A stretch of 64,000 nucleotides of DNA from the IMG/VR virus record IMGVR_UViG_3300026505_000002, positions 4,055 to 68,054 of that record. One strand, given 5' to 3'. The stretch comes from a virus (taxonomy: Duplodnaviria > Caudoviricetes). Positions within the stretch are counted from its first letter, which is position 1, and the number at the start of each line of letters is the position of its first letter. The notes under the pieces were generated by a model. It searched no databases. It saw only the letters and a list, made by a program, of their open reading frames with translations, and was not told the DNA's origin. Shown here one piece after another: positions 8,524 through 18,102 of this stretch. A program made the position numbers and the translations under genes.

Positions 8524-9186
8524 ATGATACCAAAAATAATACACCAGCTATGGATAGGCGATAATCCTATACCAGAGCACTGCGCACAGTTTTGTAGAGA
8601 ACTACAAGAACTAAACAAAGATTACGCCTATAGATTGTGGGGTAATGAAGTTTTTGAAGAATTTAAAGATGATCCTTATTTAATAGAATATATTAAACCA
8701 GAAGCTGGAATACCAGCTGCGTTTATATGTGATAGAATAAGGTTATTATTACTAGAAAAATTTGGCGGCATATACTTAGATGTAGACTGTAAGCCAATAA
8801 AATCGTTTGATCATGTGTATGAGCATTTAACAGATAGACACTGTTTCTTTGCTGGCATGAAAAGAACACAAAACCATAATACTTTAATAGATTGTGCAAT
8901 ATATGGAGCCATACCAAATAGTAGAGTTATAGATGATTGTTTAAATACATATGACGATACTAAGTGGGCTAATGGTGGTAAACTATTTAACAACGCTATT
9001 ATAGAGTTTATGCAACCAGACGTAGCCTTATTTGGCTATGAGTACTTTTATGACTGGAAAGTAACCGACAAGACCATCTTACTACATGATGTAGCAGATA
9101 CAAGATTGTTTTCTTGGGTACCTCAAGAAGTAAAAGACGGAACATTACAAACCGCTCCATTGAAAAATGTAGCAAAAGCAAATTAA
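8524..9186 (+). CDS. glycosyltransferase, DXD sugar-binding (GT32/Och1-like)
   Basis: IPKIIHQLW, DRIRLLLLEKFGGIYLDVD. Confidence 0.85.
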   Translation: MIPKIIHQLWIGDNPIPEHCAQFCRELQELNKDYAYRLWGNEVFEEFKDDPYLIEYIKPEAGIPAAFICDRIRLLLLEKFGGIYLDVDCKPIKSFDHVYEHLTDRHCFFAGMKRTQNHNTLIDCAIYGAIPNSRVIDDCLNTYDDTKWANGGKLFNNAIIEFMQPDVALFGYEYFYDWKVTDKTILLHDVADTRLFSWVPQEVKDGTLQTAPLKNVAKAN

Positions 9187-9190
9187 CCAA

Positions 9191-9481
9191 ATGACATTTT
9201 TATATACCCGCACTAACACGTGGTCTAGTGCACCACCACCAGATGAAAAAACCATTGAACTATGGAAATCAATAACTACCAAAAGCAACTGGAGAGTTGT
9301 TCAATTACCAAATGGCTTTTATCAAACCGAATACAAACATCCTGAAAAAGAACAATGGATAGATGTTACTAGAAGAGAAACACTACCAGGAGCTGAAGAC
9401 GCTATAGACGCTTCAATAGCTCATTACAAAAAGAAACTGGAGTTTGTAAAAGGACCAAAAGTAGTAAAAACTTTTGAATAA
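9191..9481 (+). CDS. hypothetical phage protein
   Basis: ORF track; operon packing. Confidence 0.65.
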   Translation: MTFLYTRTNTWSSAPPPDEKTIELWKSITTKSNWRVVQLPNGFYQTEYKHPEKEQWIDVTRRETLPGAEDAIDASIAHYKKKLEFVKGPKVVKTFE

Positions 9482-9503
9482 ATAAAATACAATTAAATTT
9501 AAT

Positions 9504-11051
9504 ATGGAAGAAATCAAGTTAGTAAAAGACTTGGCTTTTGGTGATACAGCCAGAAGCCAGGTCTTAACTGGCGTAGAAAAACTTACTAATGCAGTAGGTT
9601 CAACGCTAGGTGCAAGTGGTAAATGTGTTATACTAGAAGATAGTAACGGACATCCACAAATAACAAAAGACGGAGTTACAGTAGCAAACTCAATAACACT
9701 ACAAGATCCGTTAGAAAATATTGGAGCAACATTAATTAAAGAGGCTGCACAAAGAACTGTTAAAGAAGCTGGAGATGGTACAACCACAGCAACCATACTA
9801 GCTCATGCTATGCTTCAACAAGCTAATGAACATTCATTGTTAGATGATGTTAGAGCTATGAAAGAAGGTATAAACAGCGGTGTTGCTAAAGTTCTAGAGT
9901 ACATAACTAAGAGCTCTAAAAAAGTAACAGGTGATAAGATAGATCAAGTTGCTACTATATCTGCAAACAATGATCAAGAGTTAGGATCTATTATAGGTAA
10001 AGCTTTTAAGTTAGTAAATGAAACAGGTGTTGTGATAATGGAAACAACTGACAAAGCTGACACAAGCGTAGAACTAATAGAAGGCGTACAATATGAACAC
10101 GGTTTAACATCCAACCACTTTGTTACTAATAAAGAATTAAACGTATGTGAATTAAATAATCCACTTGTATTAATATCAGAGTCAACTATAGATAATGTTA
10201 GAAAAATACAAAGTGTATTAGAGTATGTTATAAAACATAATGAAAGCTTATTGATAATAGGTAATGTAGATACTCAAGTATCAAGTGCATTAGCTATGAA
10301 TAAAACTAAGGGCAACATAAAAGTAAACATTATAAGTGCTCCTCATTATGGTATAACTAAAGCAGAGATATTAGAAGATCTATGTGCTGTTACTGGAGCT
10401 ACATTAATTAATGAAGATTTAGGTGATGATATGGACGTTGTAAGTGTGGATCACTTAGGTAGATGTTTAAAATCTATAACAGATAAAAGTGATACATTAT
10501 TAAAAGTAGATTTAAACGACAACGAAGAAGTAAAAGAAATAGTAGATAGACTTAAAAAAGAATTATCTAGCAACAAAAATCCTAATACAGTAATTAGAAT
10601 AGAAAAAAGACTAGCTAGATTAAAAGCTAAAGTAGCTACTGTTAAAGTAGGTGCTAACTCTGAACTAGAGTTAAAAGAAAAAAGAGACAGAGTAGAAGAT
10701 GCTATTTGTGCTACTAAAGCCGCAGTTAAAGAAGGTATAGTGCCAGGTGGTGGTATAGCTTTACTAAATGCTTCACAAAATTTAAAACCATCAAACATAG
10801 GTGAAGAAGTATTATATTGCGCTATACGTAAACCTTATGAAACAATATTGCGTAATGCTGGTATAACAGAATATGTTGATCCAGACGAAGACGGTAGAGG
10901 ACTAAACGTGGTTACAGGAAATACGGTAGATATGGTAAAAGCCGGAATAATAGATCCTTTGTTGGTTACTAAAAGCGCTTTAAAAAATGCGGCTTCTGTA
11001 GCGACTACTATACTGTCTACTGATTGTGTAATAAACAATATTAGAATATGA
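9504..11051 (+). CDS. groEL: phage-encoded group I chaperonin (GroEL-like)
   Basis: TKDGVTVA, AGDGTTTAT, TISANND, KDRVEDAICATKAAVKEGIVPGGG, GIIDP; no GGM tail. Confidence 0.95.
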   Translation: MEEIKLVKDLAFGDTARSQVLTGVEKLTNAVGSTLGASGKCVILEDSNGHPQITKDGVTVANSITLQDPLENIGATLIKEAAQRTVKEAGDGTTTATILAHAMLQQANEHSLLDDVRAMKEGINSGVAKVLEYITKSSKKVTGDKIDQVATISANNDQELGSIIGKAFKLVNETGVVIMETTDKADTSVELIEGVQYEHGLTSNHFVTNKELNVCELNNPLVLISESTIDNVRKIQSVLEYVIKHNESLLIIGNVDTQVSSALAMNKTKGNIKVNIISAPHYGITKAEILEDLCAVTGATLINEDLGDDMDVVSVDHLGRCLKSITDKSDTLLKVDLNDNEEVKEIVDRLKKELSSNKNPNTVIRIEKRLARLKAKVATVKVGANSELELKEKRDRVEDAICATKAAVKEGIVPGGGIALLNASQNLKPSNIGEEVLYCAIRKPYETILRNAGITEYVDPDEDGRGLNVVTGNTVDMVKAGIIDPLLVTKSALKNAASVATTILSTDCVINNIRI

Positions 11052-11308
11052 AAGCAGTAGGCAAATATATAGTAATAAAACCTATAAAGGATACAAACAC
11101 TAAGACTACAGGAGGTTTAATACTTGCTGAAAAGCAAAGAGAAGATATAAGGTACCGCAAGGCTCTAGTTATAGAGCCAGGTACCGATGTAATAGATGTA
11201 GATGCTGGTGATAAAATATATTATGACAAAGCATCTGGTTTTGGTATAGAAATAAAAAACAAACAATACAAGGTTATAAAAGAAAATGACGTTGTAGTAA
11301 TAATATAA
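11048..11308 (+). CDS. groES: co-chaperonin GroES-like
   Basis: IVIKPI...TTGGLILAEK...VIEPG...VDAGDKIYY; coupled to groEL. Confidence 0.85.
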   Translation: MKAVGKYIVIKPIKDTNTKTTGGLILAEKQREDIRYRKALVIEPGTDVIDVDAGDKIYYDKASGFGIEIKNKQYKVIKENDVVVII

Positions 11309-11311
11309 GTT

Positions 11312-11977
11312 ATGAGTAGATTGCGTAAAGGTATAAAATATAACGGCGGTAATTTTGCAAACTCTTTTAAGTCTATGGTTAAAGGTGGGGATTCACCTTT
11401 TGCTGTTATAACGGCAGGCACGACCGAAGCATTAGATTTAGAAGAATCAGACGACGCAAATGATAGACCAGTAGCCGTAGCTACCGATAGAGAAAAAGAC
11501 GCAAGCACTGACTTAGTACCATCAAATACAGACTATTCAAGAAGTGAAGTTGGAGATTTTTTTCAAAGAGTTAAATTAGCAGAAGAGAAAGATGCATTAG
11601 AAGCATTAAGAGATAGTATGAACGAGGGAGAAGATGAAGGAGATGGTGAGTATGATCCAGAGATGAGAGATGAAGACGGTAACTTAATTTATACTGACGA
11701 CTACAATATGGATATGACTGGCAAGGAAAGACGTGCTGAATCTAGACAAAATAAAGGCCAGATAAAAGATAAGTTCAAAGAAGACAAAGCAGATATAAAA
11801 AGTAGGTTATCAGGCAAAGAAAAAAGACAAGCAATGAAAGAACTTAGAGGTGAAAAAAGATCCGCTAAGAAATCTAACAGAGGTCAAAAGAAAGTTGCAA
11901 GACAAGATGCTAAATGTATTAAACTTAAAAGCAAAGGTAAGACGCATAAGTCTTTCTATAGAAAAAATTGTATGTAG
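11312..11977 (+). CDS. hypothetical protein with acidic middle and basic C-terminus (possible virion cargo)
   Basis: charge-segregated low-complexity sequence. Confidence 0.55.
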   Translation: MSRLRKGIKYNGGNFANSFKSMVKGGDSPFAVITAGTTEALDLEESDDANDRPVAVATDREKDASTDLVPSNTDYSRSEVGDFFQRVKLAEEKDALEALRDSMNEGEDEGDGEYDPEMRDEDGNLIYTDDYNMDMTGKERRAESRQNKGQIKDKFKEDKADIKSRLSGKEKRQAMKELRGEKRSAKKSNRGQKKVARQDAKCIKLKSKGKTHKSFYRKNCM

Positions 11978-12415
11978 ATGAGAAGATTATCATCTAGTGA
12001 TTTAAAAGAATTAAATTTACTCAAACATTATAGAATAATAAGAAAGTGGGCTTGTAAAACTAGCAACCTAAATGATGCAGACTTAGAACTGTTAATATAT
12101 TTAGACGCATTAGACCACTTTACAAAACATGATTTTAAACAAGGTACGTACTCATATAGTTGGGATAATAGACGCTGGAACAGATTATTGAAACAAGGGT
12201 GGATTGTTGTGTGGAGAGAACGAAATCGCACTACCCAAAAATATCATATATATAAAGTTTCCTATAAGTGTAAACAACTAATTAGTCGTATGTACCGTAT
12301 TATGTTAGGTGAAGAAGAAATGCCTACTAAAAAATTAAACAACAGTAATAAATACTCTTGGAAAGTTACAGCTAAAGCTATATCATTTGCCAATAGAGAT
12401 AAAAGAATAATATGA
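11978..12415 (+). CDS. putative winged-helix DNA-binding protein
   Basis: LNDADLELLIYL...RWNRLLKQGWI...YKVS pattern resembles MarR-type wHTH. Confidence 0.45.
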   Translation: MRRLSSSDLKELNLLKHYRIIRKWACKTSNLNDADLELLIYLDALDHFTKHDFKQGTYSYSWDNRRWNRLLKQGWIVVWRERNRTTQKYHIYKVSYKCKQLISRMYRIMLGEEEMPTKKLNNSNKYSWKVTAKAISFANRDKRII

Positions 12416-13617
12416 CACTAGCAAGTAAAAGATTAAAGATAGATCTTAAACAAAAAGAAAAAGCAGAACTATCTCCTGTTAGAAATGAGACTGCAGATGG
12501 TACTAACTATATTATAGAGCCTAAACAAGATAATACTAAACCTATGAACGAAGATACATTAAAAGGTATGTCAGCTTACTGCATGAGCAGGCCTGCTAAA
12601 AAAATAGAATACATACAGCAAGTTGGAAGAAAAGGATCTGCTTTTCCTATGGTTGCTCAAATGCCAGAAAAACAAGGCGGAATGCTAGAAGCTGAAGTAA
12701 TGAAAAATAGAGCTGCAGGACCTCAGAACAGAAAAGTGCTAGAAAATAACCCTAACATTATGCAGCCTGATAACAAAGTTTCAGCGGCTAAGTTTGGACA
12801 AGAAAAATTAATGAGTAGCATAGCTAGTGACCCTGGTATACCTAGCCCACAGCCAACTTCAAGCATGAGTTCAGGCGTTGGTTCAGGTGTTGGTCAAGCT
12901 ACAAATGCTACACCACCAACTAATTATGGAGATATGGTTCAAGATCAATCAGCCAACAAATATGCTGATTTATATGCTGGTGCTGGTTCAACTCCTCAAA
13001 CTTCTACTTTTGGAATGTATGATGGCCCAAGTAAAGCTTTAGTAGGTGATCAACATAAATTACCTGATCATTTAAAAGCTAAGATAGAAGCTGCTCCAGG
13101 TATGTTTGGTAAAGAACCAAGAGGCACAAAAGAAGAAATGGCTGCAAGAAAAACTGAGAAAAGAAACGATAGAGTTAGAAAAAGAAATGATAAATCTCTT
13201 GATAAGATGGGCAAAAAATCAAGTAAGATAATTGAAAAGAAAAAAGCAGGAAAAATAACAGAAGCTCTAGCTGGTCAAAAAATAAGAGAAAACTACGACA
13301 AAAGTGATAAAAAAGACTTAAAAGCCAGCAGAATACTTGGCTCTAGAGAAGATGCTAAAAGACAAGCTAAGTTAAAGTCTTTTAATTACAAGCAACCTGG
13401 CATGTACGGTAAGAACACTAAAGTAACTAAGAAAAATGTTAATGCAGCAGAAAGAGATGATGCAGCTCACATGAGTTATTTAAAAAGAGATGTAAACTAC
13501 GATGCTAAGCATGGTGGTAGCAAGAGACAAATGCTTAATGACGAGAAGCATATATCTAAATTAGCTGGTGATTTAAAGTATGATCACAAGAAAAAAAGAA
13601 AATATGACAATGTGTAA
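12412..13617 (+). CDS. low-complexity mosaic protein (possible virion cargo) with repeated PGMYG-like motifs
   Basis: ORF track; GPSKALVGDQHKLPDHLKAKI and ERDDAAHMSYLKRD segments. Confidence 0.55.
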   Translation: MTLASKRLKIDLKQKEKAELSPVRNETADGTNYIIEPKQDNTKPMNEDTLKGMSAYCMSRPAKKIEYIQQVGRKGSAFPMVAQMPEKQGGMLEAEVMKNRAAGPQNRKVLENNPNIMQPDNKVSAAKFGQEKLMSSIASDPGIPSPQPTSSMSSGVGSGVGQATNATPPTNYGDMVQDQSANKYADLYAGAGSTPQTSTFGMYDGPSKALVGDQHKLPDHLKAKIEAAPGMFGKEPRGTKEEMAARKTEKRNDRVRKRNDKSLDKMGKKSSKIIEKKKAGKITEALAGQKIRENYDKSDKKDLKASRILGSREDAKRQAKLKSFNYKQPGMYGKNTKVTKKNVNAAERDDAAHMSYLKRDVNYDAKHGGSKRQMLNDEKHISKLAGDLKYDHKKKRKYDNV

Positions 13618-13646
13618 AAGCATTTAAATATTATGTGATTATAATA
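13614..13646 (+). promoter_or_regulatory. class II promoter motif
   Basis: GTAAA-N16-GTGATTATAATA. Confidence 0.6.
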
Positions 13647-13680
13647 ATACAGCAATAATATAAACGTAAATAAGTAAATT

Positions 13681-13839
13681 ATGCAAAATCAAAAGCCAGC
13701 AGGCAAAAAACTAAAGTGTGGATGCAAGCCTTTAGGAACTAGAATTATGAGATCTAATAATTCTACTATCACACCTACATTAAGAAAAATTGACAATATA
13801 GAGTACAAGGGAAATCCTGCTTTATTAGCTCAAAGATGA
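13681..13839 (+). CDS. 52-aa basic protein MQNQKPAGKKLKCGCKPLGTR...
   Basis: hand translation; downstream of a class II promoter; ATGA overlap with the next ORF. Confidence 0.65.
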   Translation: MQNQKPAGKKLKCGCKPLGTRIMRSNNSTITPTLRKIDNIEYKGNPALLAQR

Positions 13840-13994
13840 ATACATTAGATGATTTAAAGCTGTATTGTTTAAATATAACATCAGCTACGGTTGTTAGTCT
13901 AGGATGGCTAGAGCCTGTATTATCTATACTATTGTTATTAACAACATTAGGTTATACTGCACATAAGTGGTATTTATTAAAGAATAAAAAATGA
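13836..13994 (+). CDS. 52-aa membrane protein, holin-like
   Basis: hand translation MNTLDDLKLYCLNITSATVVSLGWLEPVLSILLLLTTLGYTAHKWYLLKNKK; basic C-terminus; ATGA overlap with the endolysin. Confidence 0.6.
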   Translation: MNTLDDLKLYCLNITSATVVSLGWLEPVLSILLLLTTLGYTAHKWYLLKNKK

Positions 13995-14404
13995 GAGCAA
14001 TAAAAGAAATTATTATTCACTGCTCAGCTACACGAGAAGGCCAAGACATAAGTGTTGACACTATAAGAAAATGGCACGTTGAAGGTCGTGGCTGGTCAGA
14101 TATAGGCTATCATTTCTACATCGACATAAACGGTGAAATACACGGTGGTAGAGATATAGCTAAAATCGGGGCTCATTGTTCAGGGCATAACCGTAATTCT
14201 ATCGGAATATGCTATTGTGGCGGCGTTGAAGAAGATGGAAAGACCCCGAAAGATACTAGAACAGAAAATCAAAAAGATGCTTTATTGTCTGTGCTTTATA
14301 CTTTGAAAGCGATGTACCCTGAAGCTATTATTTATTCACACAATGAGTTTGCTAATAAAGCTTGCCCATCATTTAACGCGACAGAGGAGTATGAAAATAT
14401 CTGA
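13991..14404 (+). CDS. endolysin, N-acetylmuramoyl-L-alanine amidase (T7 lysozyme-like)
   Basis: IIIHCSAT, GWSDIGYHF, GAHCSGHN, SIGICYCGG, HNEFANKACPSF. Confidence 0.95.
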   Translation: MRAIKEIIIHCSATREGQDISVDTIRKWHVEGRGWSDIGYHFYIDINGEIHGGRDIAKIGAHCSGHNRNSIGICYCGGVEEDGKTPKDTRTENQKDALLSVLYTLKAMYPEAIIYSHNEFANKACPSFNATEEYENI

Positions 14405-14792
14405 AAACACTGAGTTTAAAATTGATATAAAAACTGTAATTGGGATAATAATGTTTACTACTACAATAGTAGGTATGTATTATACTTTACAAGAAGACAT
14501 AGCGGAAGCTAAAACTTTACCACCAGTTGAAGTATCTCGTTTAGAGTATGAATTAAAAGAAAAGTGGAATGAAAAAATGATCATGCAGTTGAAAGATCAA
14601 GTAGAAATGCTTGAGCAAACTCAAGACATATTAAAAGAAGAAGTTAGTATAACTGCTAGTATGATTAAAGATGGCACAGAAGCTGATGGTAAGCTAGAAG
14701 AGCTTAATAGACAACTAGAAGCTTTGCAAAATAAAAGACCTAAAGTAATAGTTAAAGAGGTTAAAGTAGACAAAAAAGGTAGAAAATTGTAA
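14391..14792 (+). CDS. single-TM coiled-coil protein (possible spanin-like lysis component)
   Basis: likely start MKISEN; TVIGIIMFTTTIVGMYY TM segment followed by a coiled coil; adjacent to the endolysin. Confidence 0.45.
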   Translation: MKISENTEFKIDIKTVIGIIMFTTTIVGMYYTLQEDIAEAKTLPPVEVSRLEYELKEKWNEKMIMQLKDQVEMLEQTQDILKEEVSITASMIKDGTEADGKLEELNRQLEALQNKRPKVIVKEVKVDKKGRKL

Positions 14793-14795
14793 ATT

Positions 14796-15134
14796 ATGGA
14801 AAGTGGTTTATCTTGTTGGAAAGGTTATAAAAGAGTTCCGGGTACTAGACCAGGTTCAAAAGGTAGCTGTGTAAAATCAAGTGGCCCATCTCTACGTAAA
14901 ACAACAAAAGGTAAAGGTAGAAACTTCTTATCTGTAAAAGAAGGAGCTGGAATGACAGCTGCTGGAAGAAAAAAATATAAAGCAAAAAATCCAGGAAGCA
15001 CCTTATCAGCACCTGTAACAGGCAAGGTTAAGCCAGGTAGTAAAGCAGCTAAAAGAAGAAAATCATTTTGCGCTAGATCAAAAGGTTGGACTGGTGAAAG
15101 AGGCAAAGCAGCTAGAAAAAGATGGAAATGTTAA
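14796..15134 (+). CDS. small basic Cys-containing phage protein (CWKGY and RRKSFCAR motifs)
   Basis: motifs recognised from marine phage hypothetical families. Confidence 0.6.
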   Translation: MESGLSCWKGYKRVPGTRPGSKGSCVKSSGPSLRKTTKGKGRNFLSVKEGAGMTAAGRKKYKAKNPGSTLSAPVTGKVKPGSKAAKRRKSFCARSKGWTGERGKAARKRWKC

Positions 15135-15143
15135 AATAAAATT

Positions 15144-16325
15144 ATGAAAAAAACGAGAAGAGGTTTTAAACTTAAAAGCCCAATGGATGTAGATCCAGTA
15201 GCTAGATATGAGGTTCCATTTATGCCTGACAACATGCAAGATGATAGTGGTTTAGTCGCTAAAGCTAATAAAAACGGAACCATGATCATTAATAAAAATA
15301 TTAAACCAAATGATCCTATAAGAGAAAATGCTCAATCACATGAAGAGCATCATCTTAGGGATATGATGGATGGTAAATTAGATTATGATGATAATGCTGT
15401 ATATCATAACTTAGATGGTAAAGGTGTTAAAAAAGTAAATAGAACAAACTTTGATGAAAGTGACAAGTCTTTACCTTGGGAGAAAAACGCTTATAAAGCT
15501 GGAGATAATTTAGAACAAAAAGATATGAGACCTAAACCTAACAAACTAACGGGACCACCTAATATGTATGAGTCTGACACACCTTTGTCTTTTATAAAAC
15601 AAATGGGTAGAAAGCGTAGAACTGCAGATACTGAAAAAGTTTCTATGAATGAAAAGTTTGGCCCATCAATGGTTAAAAGATTTGGACCTGGTGCTTTTGA
15701 AATATCAAATGATACTGACATAAGTGGTAATTCAGATGGAGATCCACCTAAATCACCATACCAAGGTGATCAAATAAGATATGATAACAAGCTTAATAAA
15801 TTTTTTGGCACGAAGACAGCTGGCGCAACTAATTCACCTGGCACAGGTGACATATATGAAATTAAAGATGGTAATTTCCGAAGTCAAGATTTAACAGCTG
15901 ATATGAAAGTAGGTGATAATAAAACAAACTATAATCAATATTTAAGTTCTGATATGAGAAACTTCCAAAAAAATAAAGCGCAGTTCATGAGAGACACAAA
16001 ACCAATGAGTGTTAAAGGAGCAACGTTTTCAGGCAAGGGACCAAAAGGTAATGAAATAAAATATATACGTACACCAAATTCTCCTGATTTTGACCCTAAT
16101 TTAAGTACCAAAGAAAACATGATGAATCAAATTTTCACTGCTGAATATTATGATAAATCTGGAACGCTTAAAAATTCAGCTAAACCTTTAACAGTACGCG
16201 AAATGAACTCTATTGCTAGAGGTCAAATATTTAGTGATAACACATCACAAAAAAATAAGGCTTTTTTAGAAAGTGATACATATGGAGATTTTGCAAATAA
16301 ATATAAAACGATTTTTAGAAAATAA
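15144..16325 (+). CDS. putative zincin metallopeptidase-domain protein
   Basis: HEEHH (HExxH) at 15339-15353 with downstream PWEKNAY. Confidence 0.6.
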   Translation: MKKTRRGFKLKSPMDVDPVARYEVPFMPDNMQDDSGLVAKANKNGTMIINKNIKPNDPIRENAQSHEEHHLRDMMDGKLDYDDNAVYHNLDGKGVKKVNRTNFDESDKSLPWEKNAYKAGDNLEQKDMRPKPNKLTGPPNMYESDTPLSFIKQMGRKRRTADTEKVSMNEKFGPSMVKRFGPGAFEISNDTDISGNSDGDPPKSPYQGDQIRYDNKLNKFFGTKTAGATNSPGTGDIYEIKDGNFRSQDLTADMKVGDNKTNYNQYLSSDMRNFQKNKAQFMRDTKPMSVKGATFSGKGPKGNEIKYIRTPNSPDFDPNLSTKENMMNQIFTAEYYDKSGTLKNSAKPLTVREMNSIARGQIFSDNTSQKNKAFLESDTYGDFANKYKTIFRK

Positions 16326-16777
16326 TGGCTGAAAAAAAGACGTTTAAAGAAACTAAAGTAGGTGCTTTTCTAGCTAGCAAAGCGCCTAATGTACTGCAAG
16401 CTATTGGAGACATACTGCCTAATCAAGGAACTCTTGGTGTTGTAAAAAATCTTATAACAAGTGATAATAAGATTAAGCCAGTTGATAAAGAGCAGGCTAT
16501 GAAACTTATTGAGCAAGACCTTCAAGAATTAAAAGAAGTATCAAGCAGATGGAGGGCTGATATGAAGTCAGACTCTTGGCTTAGTAAAAATACTAGACCT
16601 TTAGCTCTTATATTTTTAACTGCGTCGTCAGTATTCATGATGGCTGTAGATTCTTTTCATTTACAATTTGATGTGGATGATGCTTGGATAAGCTTATTAA
16701 AAACATTACTGGTAACAGTTTACGTAGCATACTTCGGAAGTCGTGGTGCTGAAAAAATAACAAAAATAAATAATTAA
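16325..16777 (+). CDS. holin-like membrane protein (3TM/GTA-holin-like)
   Basis: SSRWRADMKSDSWLSKNTRPL followed by two hydrophobic helices and YFGSRG. Confidence 0.7.
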   Translation: MAEKKTFKETKVGAFLASKAPNVLQAIGDILPNQGTLGVVKNLITSDNKIKPVDKEQAMKLIEQDLQELKEVSSRWRADMKSDSWLSKNTRPLALIFLTASSVFMMAVDSFHLQFDVDDAWISLLKTLLVTVYVAYFGSRGAEKITKINN

Positions 16778-16779
16778 AC

Positions 16780-17055
16780 ATGAGAGGACTAATAGGAAAC
16801 ACAGCCTCAGAGCCTAGAGTTTTTGGTCACGATGCTGTAGCTTTAACAGCTGGAACAGGAGCAATAGCAAACACAGAAGAAAGAGGCGTTGTAATATACA
16901 ACGGAAAATCTGCAGCTCAAGATATTACTATTACAACAGAAGCTGGTAACGACGTGATATTTAAAAGCGTGCAGCCAGGAACAGTTGTAGGTGATAAAAC
17001 ACCTATGTTAGCTACTAAATTAAAGGTTGGAACAGACTGTGTAGCTATATACTAG
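16780..17055 (+). CDS. small beta-rich hypothetical (likely virion) protein
   Basis: ORF track. Confidence 0.6.
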   Translation: MRGLIGNTASEPRVFGHDAVALTAGTGAIANTEERGVVIYNGKSAAQDITITTEAGNDVIFKSVQPGTVVGDKTPMLATKLKVGTDCVAIY

Positions 17056-17618
17056 TGGCAACGCAAAGATTTAATGCGTGCTTTGAATGGCGTAAAAGCG
17101 GTAGTAATAAAAATTATCAGTTTTTAGGTTTTTTACATTTAATAGATTACATTAGTAATTTATTACCAGATAACTCAAAAGCTTTAGAAATAGGAAGCTA
17201 CATGGGCGAGTCTGCTAAGATAACAGCTGCTTCTGGTATTTTTAATGAAATAGTATGTATAGACCCATTTGAGGGAAAAGAAAGCTTTAACAATATATTT
17301 GGCTATACATGGGAAGATGTTGAAGCTGAATTTAATAATAATATAAAATATTTTGATTTTATAAATCATATTAAAGATTATAGTTACAATGTTATAAATA
17401 GCTATGATGATGGATATTTTGACTTTGCATATATAGATGCTAGTCACGAATACGAAGATGTGCTGAGAGATATTAAAGATTGTATTAGAGTCGTTAAAAA
17501 AGGTGGCATTATATCTGGACATGATTATAGTTGGGATACTGTAAAACAAGCTGTAACAGAAACTTTTGGTAACAACATTAAGCAATTTAAAGATACTTCT
17601 TGGTTAATAATTAAATAA
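17055..17618 (+). CDS. class I SAM-dependent methyltransferase (Methyltransf_24-like), GTG start
   Basis: LEIGSYMGES, YIDASHEYEDVLRD, GGIISGHDY. Confidence 0.85.
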   Translation: MATQRFNACFEWRKSGSNKNYQFLGFLHLIDYISNLLPDNSKALEIGSYMGESAKITAASGIFNEIVCIDPFEGKESFNNIFGYTWEDVEAEFNNNIKYFDFINHIKDYSYNVINSYDDGYFDFAYIDASHEYEDVLRDIKDCIRVVKKGGIISGHDYSWDTVKQAVTETFGNNIKQFKDTSWLIIK

Positions 17619-17624
17619 AATAAA

Positions 17625-17891
17625 ATGAGTAAAGTAACAGTAGACTCTGGAATATTAGATGATAAAGAGTTTGAAGAAATTAAAAATCAACAAGACAAGG
17701 TTAACAGAATAATGTGTGAAATAGGCTATGTAGAGTCTAGAAAACATGCATTACTTCATGAGCTAGCTGACACTAACGAAGTTGTTAAAAATACTAAAGA
17801 TATTTTAAAAGAAAAATATGGAAGTATAAACATTGATATGACAACTGGTAAATGGAAAAGAGAAGAAAAGAAGAAAGATGTCAGTAATTAG
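17625..17891 (+). CDS. coiled-coil protein with KYGSINID..G motif (paralogue of 8169-8504)
   Basis: LKEKYGSINIDMTTGK. Confidence 0.6.
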   Translation: MSKVTVDSGILDDKEFEEIKNQQDKVNRIMCEIGYVESRKHALLHELADTNEVVKNTKDILKEKYGSINIDMTTGKWKREEKKKDVSN

Positions 17892-18102
17892 AAAAATAAG
17901 TATTGGATCAGATTATAAAAACGATGCAATGCATTATTCATTACAGCAAGAAGTATACGGTGGCCATGTAATATCAGATATATTATTTGATGATAAAGAT
18001 CAGTCTTATAATATATATATAACAAAATCAAAAGAAGTTCTTCCTTGGAAAAAGTTCAATCGTAATATGGCTATATCAGTTGAGTACGATTTGAAATATT
18101 AA
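17878..18102 (+). CDS. hypothetical phage protein
   Basis: IRKISIGSDYKNDAMHY; operon packing. Confidence 0.7.
   Translation: MSVIRKISIGSDYKNDAMHYSLQQEVYGGHVISDILFDDKDQSYNIYITKSKEVLPWKKFNRNMAISVEYDLKY

Noticed and set aside
14343-14390. Track start extensions (14343, 8127, 54953, 60641, 61967, 1071)
   Set aside because: They overlap neighbouring genes or regulatory motifs; downstream ATGs with A-rich leaders fit better
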